The translations under genes were made by a program, and so were the position numbers. A DNA stretch of 62,950 nt, counting the filler, from Octopus bimaculoides (taxonomy: Eukaryota): the NCBI RefSeq assembly GCF_001194135.2. It is 6 parts of 6 records of this genome, joined end to end, with 100 filler letters (N's around TTAATTAATTAA, not from the genome) between each part and the next. Parts side by side here need not be neighbours in the genome. Positions count along the whole stretch, not along the records: positions 50,782 to 62,950 come from NC_068984.1; 5 more parts are not named here. One strand, 5' to 3'. A model generated the notes under the pieces. The model searched no databases. It was not told the DNA's origin and saw only the letters and a list, made by a program, of their open reading frames with translations. This document shows, one piece after another, positions 53,046 to 62,950 of this stretch (position 1 is its first letter; every line of letters begins with the position of its first letter).

Positions 53046-53629
53046 CATATCATACCTTTATAAATACAATTTTGCTTTTCTTTAAATGTTATTGATTATA
53101 AGAAAATCAATAAAACGTGGAACGAATATTCGCATCGGTATAATTTCTGCTCAAAATAAAATTTATAATCCATTTATACCTCCTTGTATTAAGTTCGCTA
53201 TAAATCGGGATTATTTTCACTATGATGGCCACTCGATTTCAACGGGTTAGGTTCCAGTTGCTCTATCATTGAATTAATGTACGGTGAGGCGATGCGTTCT
53301 AAGGAGACGTTAAACCTCAGAAAAATTCTCTAACAGGACCAACCTAACATAGTACGAAAGGGCCGGACTTTTGAATTACGAGTACAGTCCACCTCATGGG
53401 CTGCTATAATGTATCTCTCAACTCAGTTTGAGTCGCAAGGTTTGGATCGACTCCAAGCAATAGTAAAAGACGCCTGTTCAAGATATCATATAGTCGGATT
53501 GAACCCAGATCTCAAGTCTGCAAAGCAAAATTCTTAATCTCTTAGCCATGCCTGCCTTCATACCCTCCCACACCAATACACATATAATCTATCTATCTAT
53601 CCATCTAGCTAGCTTGCTACACACGCACA

Positions 53630-53661
<32 letters not shown>

Positions 53662-54163
53662 NNNNNNNNNNNNNNNNNNNNNNNNNNNNNNNNNNNNNNN
53701 NNNNNNNNNNNNNNNNNNNNNNNNNNNNNNNNNNNNNNNNNNNNNNNNNNNNNNNNNNNNNNNNNNNNNNNNNNNNNNNNNNNNNNNNNNNNNNNNNNNN
53801 NNNNNNNNNNNNNNNNNNNNNNNNNNNNNNNNNNNNNNNNNNNNNNNNNNNNNNNNNNNNNNNNNNNNNNNNNNNNNNNNNNNNNNNNNNNNNNNNNNNN
53901 NNNNNNNNNNNNNNNNNNNNNNNNNNNNNNNNNNNNNNNNNNNNNNNNNNNNNNNNNNNNNNNNNNNNNNNNNNNNNNNNNNNNNNNNNNNNNNNNNNNN
54001 NNNNNNNNNNNNNNNNNNNNNNNNNNNNNNNNNNNNNNNNNNNNNNNNNNNNNNNNNNNNNNNNNNNNNNNNNNNNNNNNNNNNNNNNNNNNNNNNNNNN
54101 NNNNNNNNNNNNNNNNNNNNNNNNNNNNNNNNNNNNNNNNNNNNNNNNNNNNNNNNNNNNNNN

Positions 54164-54204
<41 letters not shown>

Positions 54205-54704
54205 AGGGAGAGAGAGAGAGAGAGAGAGATAGATAGAGAGAGAGAGAGAGTTGTACTATATAACGAACGGATTCAACAAAAGAATTTTCGATTTGCTGAC
54301 AATTATAGATATCATTGTTAAAATACGTTTCTCTCTCCCTTTTGAGGCCAGAAAAATCAGGGAGTTCATGCTAGGTCTCTCATTGTTTCGTAGCGCTTCA
54401 TCAGAGATAGTTTACTATTTTTGGTAATCGTTGTGGGGGAAAAGGAGCTTTTACCTCTATATCATTATACAGAAACTTTGTACTACAAAGTGGTCAGCCC
54501 TAATTTACGTAACATGGAAATAATTTAGAAAGCGTATTAATTAATTAACTACTTAATTAATTAATAGCTGTAAGCTACTATCCTCTCTGTAACAGTAACC
54601 GTGATATGATTTGATTAAGATAAATGAGTAACCGTGATTTGATTACGCAGGCCAGGGACTTGAATATTTCGGATCAGAGAGAGTGAATTTCTTTTGATTT
54701 GATT

Positions 54705-54905
54705 ACCGTAACTAACAGCAACTTTGGAAGAAGAGGCAAAGTCGATTACACCGACCACAGTGTTAAACTGGTACCTGTTTTATCAACCCCGAAGGAAGGA
54801 AAATCGAAGTCGATCTCGGCAGAATTTGAAACCAGATGTAAGGACGTCGAAATGTCGCTAGGAATTTTGGTGGCGTGCTAACGATTTTGCCAGCTCGCCG
54901 CCTTA
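54705..54905 (-). mobile_element. SINE family C
   Basis: gtcgattacaccgacc…ggtacc…gcagaatttgaa…cgtgctaacgattttgccagctcgccgcctt. Confidence 0.8.
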
Positions 54906-55278
54906 ACCCAGTTTATAAGATTTTTAGGGAGGCAAAATGATTGTGTTTATTGTTAAAGGCACACACTCGTAAGTTTACTTTACATCCTAAATGCTGTATA
55001 GTATTTTAATGATTTTGTCTCCTTTTGTTAACAACTGCATTACTACTTGATCAGAGTTAATCCTACCAAAAGTTTAAAAAAAAATGCTGAATTCTCTTAT
55101 GTCATTCTGGATGCCGAGGAAAGAATTATTTTATTCTATATGTATCATTCGAAGCGAGACAAAAAAGTCTGTTTATTAAAAGAAAAAAGACACGCTAGGA
55201 TGAGTTCATCAGGCATCTCGCATTTTCCTCTCTCTTTCTCTCTCTCTCTTTCTCTCTCTCTCTCCCCTCTTTCACCTT

Positions 55279-55353
<75 letters not shown>

Positions 55354-55741
55354 NNNNNNNNNNNNNNNNNNNNNNNNNNNNNNNNNNNNNNNNNNNNNNN
55401 NNNNNNNNNNNNNNNNNNNNNNNNNNNNNNNNNNNNNNNNNNNNNNNNNNNNNNNNNNNNNNNNNNNNNNNNNNNNNNNNNNNNNNNNNNNNNNNNNNNN
55501 NNNNNNNNNNNNNNNNNNNNNNNNNNNNNNNNNNNNNNNNNNNNNNNNNNNNNNNNNNNNNNNNNNNNNNNNNNNNNNNNNNNNNNNNNNNNNNNNNNNN
55601 NNNNNNNNNNNNNNNNNNNNNNNNNNNNNNNNNNNNNNNNNNNNNNNNTATATATATATATACATTATATACATAGGTATATACATTATATATTATATAC
55701 ATCTATACAAACACACATACATATATATACACACACACATA

Positions 55742-55783
<42 letters not shown>

Positions 55784-56903
55784 TTACGTACACACATACA
55801 CACACATATATATATATGTATATGTGAGTGTGTGTGTTTGTGTGTATGTATATGTATATAATAGCTCATAAAATTGTTGGTTGGCTGGTTTGATGATTTC
55901 TCCCGTTGTATGTGTTCGTGTATTCTATTTTGTAGTGGATGACATGAAGCAGATGCAGAATCATCACATTCTTTGACCAGTTTCCACAACCAATAAAATG
56001 ATTGGCCAAATTTACCAAGGTACAGTGAGTAATCCAATATTTACTCAGTACTGTAACGAGAAGTGAATGAAATAGAATGAAATACACTAACTAGAAAGAG
56101 AGATAAGCTTTGGCTGAAGATTCAGTGTCAGGTTCTTGTGTCTCACATTGCAATTCTTGGTGGGAAACTGTTATATCGAGGCTGAACCACGTTATTTTCC
56201 AAAGAAATATTGACTTTTTTCTTAATGTTTCACAGCAGTTTATTCAATTTTGGTTTGACACTTTTTTTCTTGTATGACCCATATTCCGTTTTAGAATTGT
56301 TGTGAGAATACAGTGTAGGTTAGAATTGCTGCTTTTTGGACTGGTGGTGTATTATATGAAAGCTTATGGACGTTATGTTGATATAGAAATTATAGTAGAT
56401 GAGATGTCATTCATTGTACCGGGAAATTTTCGTTCATCGTACAAAATTCTTTATATGTAGCTCGAAATTTCTAAATCTATTTCTTGTGCTTCATCTGTTT
56501 GGGGTTAATAAATTCAAATATAAGCATGTGGTTTCGAAATTTACTTCTTAATCACATGATTTCGAGTTCAGTTCTACTATATAGGTTAACCCAAAGTTTT
56601 GTAAGTATAATTTTGGTGGCCGGACACTTTGAATAAGCCGATAAAATTAACTGTGAAGCTTCTTTCGTGCAAAATTTATTTTGTTGTTTTACACTTGGTA
56701 CATCTATAAAATTACACTCATTACACTCGGGTACCTCTATAAGATTCCATTCTCTTGCAAGTGTTTTTCACTCCAGGAAATGAAAATTTTCCTCCGACTC
56801 TCCTAAAAATCTAGGACATTCTATATAAAAGTCATTAGTCCGCTCTTTCTCCTCTAACAAAACCATAATAAATATTTCGTTAAACAACTTTAACTAATCT
56901 GTA

Positions 56904-57200
56904 TTAAGTATCCATCTGTTAGAAATTTTGGTTTATTACCCAGTTTTATATGATTTGCTTAAGTACGTAGATTCTTGCCATTTCAGTTAGGTACCCAGAA
57001 GTTTTTGTTAGGTTGAATTAAGAACTCAGATTCTTATAATTTGCATTAAGTATCTAATTTTATGCGAATTGAATTAGATATCCTGTTTGATGTTATTTGA
57101 ATTAAGTATCCGGTTTTATGTAATTTGTATTAAGTACTCAGCTTTATGTATCCTGGATTATATACGTAATTAGGTTTAAGTGCCCAGATTTTTGTAATAA
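56904..57200 (+). repeat. Ancient degenerate 28-bp minisatellite (~10 units)
   Basis: TTAAGTA-like anchors at 56904, ~56932, 56959, 56987, 57018, 57046, 57074, 57102, 57130 and 57176. Approximate consensus TTAAGTATCCAGATTTTATGTAATTTGA. Confidence 0.75.
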
Positions 57201-57384
57201 TGTTCTACTATTTCAAATAATTGTTCTGTTTAGTTAGTCAAAGGAATCTATTTTGCTTAAGAAATTTAAATTTCCGATCGGCTCGAACGTTAAATTTACT
57301 CATTGATACACTGTTACATAGCTGTTGGTTACAAAACTATAAGACTTTATAATTGTTGATAATTTAGACACATAGACTGAGATT

Positions 57385-57552
57385 TTGAGGACAGGGTGCT
57401 AATCAATACCATCGACCAATTTACTTGATGAAAAGTTCATTTTGTCCTCTCAGGAGAGAAGGAAAGCAAAGCTGATATCGGCGGGAATTGAGCTCAGGAC
57501 ACAAAAAGTCGTGACGAATAAAAAATGACATTCTACCAGCTCTCTGCCTTTA
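57385..57552 (-). mobile_element. SINE family C, degenerate
   Basis: atcgacc…aaagcaaagctgatatcggcgggaattgagctcagga…cattctaccagctctctgcctt. Confidence 0.5.
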
Positions 57553-58145
57553 TAATTTTTATAAAAAGTTTTATACACAAATAATGCGTATGTAAGCCGT
57601 TGCTAACAATTAGATAATTTAACGTGTGTGCATAAATACATATACATACACACACACACGCACACACATACATAGATATATATACCTATATATATANNNN
57701 NNNNNNNNNNNNNNNNNNNNNNNNNNNNNNNNNNNNNNNNNNNNNNNNNNNNNNNNNNNNNNNNNNNNNNNNNNNNNNNNNNNNNNNNNNNNNNNNNNNN
57801 NNNNNNNNNNNNNNNNNNNNNNNNNNNNNNNNNNNNNNNNNNNNNNNNNNNNNNNNNNNNNNNNNNNNNNNNNNNNNNNNNNNNNNNNNNNNNNNNNNNN
57901 NNNNNNNNNNNNNNNNNNNNNNNNNNNNNNNNNNNNNNNNNNNNNNNNNNNNNNNNNNNNNNNNNNNNNNNNNNNNNNNNNNNNNNNNNNNNNNNNNNNN
58001 NNNNNNNNNNNNNNNNNNNNNNNNNNNNNNNNNNNNNNNNNNNNNNNNNNNNNNNNNNNNNNNNNNNNNNNNNNNNNNNNNNNNNNNNNNNNNNNNNNNN
58101 NNNNNNNNNNNNNNNNNNNNNNNNNNNNNNNNNNNNNNNNNNNNN

Positions 58146-58182
<37 letters not shown>

Positions 58183-59130
58183 TATATATATATGTATATG
58201 CAAGCTCATTAAAAGAACATGAATAACGATGTTGGTTTGGAGCCAATAATTCCACTCCACAGAGTTAGAATGATCCTAGCAACACGAACGCAGACTAATT
58301 TTGTTTTTATCTCCCACGCATTTGGATATAAGTTCTCGTTTCGGCTCTAACCGCTCATGGAAATACAAACATATATTGATTCGTTTAGATGTTCTAATTT
58401 TCGTTGCGTTAAACAATATTTATTTTCTCTCTCTTAATCTCTCTCTCTCACCTCTCTTTCCTTTTCTATTTCTTACCACACCCTCCACCATCATTCTCTC
58501 TTTAAACATATATATATTTCTGTCTCTGAGTTATGTGTGCAATCGAAGTCGTATTCATTGCTTGCTTCTTTCTGATCCTCATGATCCAGGATCATGGTCA
58601 GTGACGTATATCTATGACGTGGCTACCATTATTTAAAAACTATGATTAATAACAAAATTATGCCTGGTGTACTATTAACATTTATGCACGACAGTTGGCA
58701 CAAACTATAGTAAGAGATATTATAAATTAAAATGTGGACAGTGGGTGTAGGTCTCTCCAAACTAACCCTGGAATATATCAGTAGTAAAGTGACAACAGAT
58801 CTATCAACGTATATGTAAATAATATGTAAAGTATATCATAGGTTAAAATTAATGGGCTGAGTTAATTTCATCTTGTGGTTATACTGTTGAATGATTGTTT
58901 CCGCAGCGCTGACTTCTCAAGATTAAGTGTAGGATGACCAATCATGTTCATGCGTCAGTGTGGTATGAGCCAAAGAAATATAATTTTCAACATTTTATTG
59001 AACGAAAAATATTCATTCTGACTGAAGCTGCGAATTCACGGTCAGGAAACACGAACCAGATGTCTTACACTGCATATTTGTGCTTTTTACTGTTTATGCC
59101 ATCTGTAGTCTTGTAGCTTAAGTTAAGGAT

Positions 59131-59253
59131 TTTGTTGGCACTCCGTCGCTTACGACGTCGAGGGTTCCAGTTGATACAATCAACGGAACAGCCTGCTCAT
59201 GAAATTAACGTGCAAGTGGCTGAGCACTCCACAGACACGTGTACCCTTAACGT
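59131..59253 (-). mobile_element. SINE family A, 5'-truncated
   Basis: ttgttggcactccgtcgcttacgacgtcgagggttccagttgat…cacgtgtacccttaacgt matches the 3' third of the full copies. Confidence 0.9.
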
Positions 59254-60239
59254 GTAGTAATAATAAGTAGTAATAATTGCATTTTATTAACATAGTACTT
59301 ATATTAACATAGTACTTATATCGAGACTAGCGATAGCCATAAATGAACGTCTGAAACTAATAAAAGAAGAAAATGGTACCTGTCTTTTATAAATACACAT
59401 ATTTATTTTACATTTAACTTTAGTTATATGGATATTTAAGAAGAGAGAAATTAAACTCTATTGCAGGTTTGATAAAATCGATAGTTAAAACTAATTAGAT
59501 TTAATATTACTCGTACCTTAAATTCATTATATCTTTAATGCATTTAAACTAACATAATAGTGATGTTTCTAGACCTAATGACAGCTTTAACTTTGACTAA
59601 TGAAATACGGTTGCAAGTGATTAGTCATCCCAATGAATTTGAGTGGCGATGGGGATATTTAGGGGTGGAGCGAGAAGGATGAACGATTCAATCAAGTTGA
59701 AAGAAATTTGGAGAACATGAAAATTATGCTTGTAAAAAATCGGTCGCATGTATGGATTTAGCGTTACGAACATCTCTTAGGAAGTACGTGTTTCGGTCTC
59801 AATGCAATTGTCTGGCATCATGGGCATGTTCCTTCTACAAGATCCTGATGTTTACTAAAGGTTAGTGAATTAACGTTGGTAAACAGAAACCGTCTAGATG
59901 ACCATCGAGGAGATCGTTTCTCTTTTGGGTTAATGGGCATCATCAGACACCCGTTTTAAAACCATAGTATGGTCCTTGGTTGCTTGATTAGGAATCTACT
60001 AACATATAAACGTTGGAGTCAGGTTACCTACCTGGAGATAATTGCATCTCTTCCTTTACCTTATATGTAACACCTTGAGGATATATCTTGAGTGGTAACA
60101 ATATTCTGCTGACTAAGGTGTCAGCCTGCCAAAACTGTAATGATGCTCAAACGACATTGCCGCCCTCATTTATTAGCTGAAGGGTATAAGAAGCCAAGAA
60201 CCTTGAATATATGTCCTCGCTGTAAGTAACTACAGTGTA

Positions 60240-60760
60240 TTCTATGTTGTCAACAAAAATTCTAAAAGAGACACTATGTATTGACATAGTAACGACAGAT
60301 GTCAATGACAATGAAACCTAAACTCCCGAGACCAGTCAACAGTCTATTTTGACAGACAACATATGTATTGACAAATTAATAGCAGATATCAATGAGAATG
60401 AGCCAAAAATCTTTCTGTGAATAAGTGAGCGGTCTATTCTGCTGTTCTTACAAGATCCAACAACAAGAAGCTAGAACTCGTTTCTTCGTGTTCATGCTGT
60501 TACCGGAAAGACATTCCTGACTAGTCTTTTGCTTGCTCAAGTCTGTTAATGTTGAAACACTGCTATTGCAGTTACTTCTAGTATTATCGCCTTCCTCGTT
60601 CCTGGAAACCTGTTTTGAAATTCTTCCTGGATTTGGAAACAACTAAGCACCTGTTTGCTAGGTTTCTTATGAATTTGCGAATATAAAATGTTTATAAGAA
60701 ATGCTAAATGACTATGTAGCATATTAAGTTCACTGACGCACAAGACGCACTATGGCAACC
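60240..60760 (+). mobile_element. Helitron PIF1-family helicase remnant
   Basis: Frame 1 with stops: CIDKLIADINENEPKI…SFLRVHAVTGKTFLTSLLLAQVC*C*NTAIAVTSSIIAFLVPG, then shifted LDLETTK/APVC. This matches Helitron FFLDAPGGTGKTFLINLLLA…IAIAVASSGIAATLLPGG…KLPLDL…PVC, with Walker A at 60502-60519. Confidence 0.8.
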
Positions 60761-61389
60761 CCGAAGAAAACATTGCGGGATTTGCGTAACAATTGATTTC
60801 ATGTGTATAGTAGTAGTGGCATGGTTAGTAGTAGTGGTGTACTTAGGAGACAAAAAAATAAAATCGAAGAATTCTGTGATTGGCTTAAATCTTCATTGCT
60901 TTGGACAAAACTTTTCAAAATGTCTTCAGACGTAAGTGTAAACAATTTTTGGATATAAGCCGCCTGGTTATTGATCTGAACTTGTTATGAATACCCATAT
61001 TATGTACTTTAAAAAAAAATCAAAACAACCCATTTTCATAATTAATTTTAATTAATACAAATTCCTCGGTTAACTACATCAAATACGCTAGCATCCATTT
61101 AACTATAATGGATCTCCAGTTTGAGCTGTTGATTCCGAAATGTCTTCACTAATTATGAACGCAGCACATTGCGCTTAATAAGTAACCAACTCCTGTCTCT
61201 CTAGTTGTTAGCCTGACATTTTATGGATTCTGCCAACAACCTACACATAAACAAACAACACTATGTCGACATTTTATTTTTTGTTTCCTTGTTCATTAAG
61301 AGGTTTACGAACAAACAAATAAAATAAAAATCAGGTGTGCACTGTAACTTTTTATTATGCAGGCAACAGGCATTCAGACGAACGGACAT

Positions 61390-62055
<666 letters not shown>

Positions 62056-62719
62056 GTTGGTGAGATAGATATGTTTACAGACAGAGTGGGAGTGATTGAA
62101 ATGTTAATAGAGAGCGTAAGTGTGATAGAAATGTTACGATGCGGTTTAATTGAATAAATAAGTGTTTTTGCGAATGGTTACAGCTGAAAGTAGAATTTAA
62201 ATTCAAATGTAAATAGAATAATTTAGTCGGTGTTTCCGTTGCCAGGAACATTCTATATATACGGAATGAAAACGTTGGCTTCAAGCCAAAAGCTGTATTT
62301 ACTTAGATTTATTTTTACAACATGTAAGAGAACCGGCCTTAAATGTTCTGAGCATCTTAACTGTCATGAACTCCTTAAGCATGTTTGTATGTATGTATGT
62401 ATGTACGTATGTATGTCAATGTTTGAGTATTGTCAGCTGTGTAAACTACCTGATACCTAAGATAGACCGCAATTATGTTTTAAAGATTTAATGGAAATGT
62501 TTATATCTAATTGTATAAGATCGCAATATATTCCGACGATATCAGTTAGAGAGAATGTCTAAAATCGTATTATCAAGAGGAAAGAGTTGATTCCAAATCT
62601 CGTATATGAGGCTATTCAAACGCGTACAGCTTCTCAAATATGTATCTTTATAATCTGTATACATATAGCAGGCAATATGTCCAAAACAAAGTGTATGTAT
62701 ATATCTCTAACCTTTTATC

Positions 62720-62912
62720 TTTTATGTGCCTGGGTCATTTGAGTGTGGCCATAATGATGGCACCCTTTTGAAGAGTTTTAGTCGAACATATTCTCAATAC
62801 TTCTGTTTATGTCCGGTAAGTATTCTATCATTCTTTTATTTGCCGGAACGCAAACAACTCAGTACCGGTTGTCAAGCAGTAATGGGAGACCAACACAGAT
62901 ACAAGGACACAC
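62720..62912 (-). mobile_element. SINE family D-like tail, degenerate
   Basis: ttttagtcgaac…ttatttgccggaacgc…accggttgtcaagc…acacagatacaa precedes a TA/CA tract, as in the other D copies. Confidence 0.5.
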
Positions 62913-62950
62913 ACGCATATGCGTATATATATATATATATATATATATAT

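Noticed and set aside
60268-60410. Cadherin/protocadherin DxNDN motifs
   Set aside because: The spacing is 29 aa rather than ~110 aa, there is an in-frame stop, and the same frame continues into Helitron helicase motifs.

Overview
AT-rich, microsatellite-saturated animal genomic DNA with many N gaps. It is not prokaryotic. The SINE repertoire and simple-repeat load look like a coleoid cephalopod, probably an octopus; this is an inference from recall, not a database match. I found no confidently supportable host protein-coding gene, rRNA, true tRNA or CRISPR array. Almost all listed ORFs are translations of microsatellites or N runs. The window is intergenic or deep-intronic sequence built from decayed mobile elements. 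It holds at least four tRNA-headed SINE families (A-D, my labels; several copies have clear 12-13 bp TSDs), a full-length dead mariner with 27-bp TIRs, a second mariner fragment and two Tc1/mariner MITEs. It also holds remnants of an RTE LINE, a Tx1/L1-like LINE and a Helitron helicase, plus two remnants of restriction-like-endonuclease (R4/Dong-type) retrotransposons. Best observations: (1) an RLE retrotransposon sitting exactly inside an (ACAT)n tract, suggesting microsatellite targeting; (2) a ~440-bp fold-back whose two arms jointly reconstruct a minimal type I hammerhead ribozyme, plus other hammerhead-like motifs, one with a variant core; (3) an 83-bp near-perfect palindrome whose mismatches are A-C pairs; (4) a gap-bounded CpG-depleted island. 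The recurring N44-TTAATTAATTAA-N44 blocks are assembly linkers, not biology.
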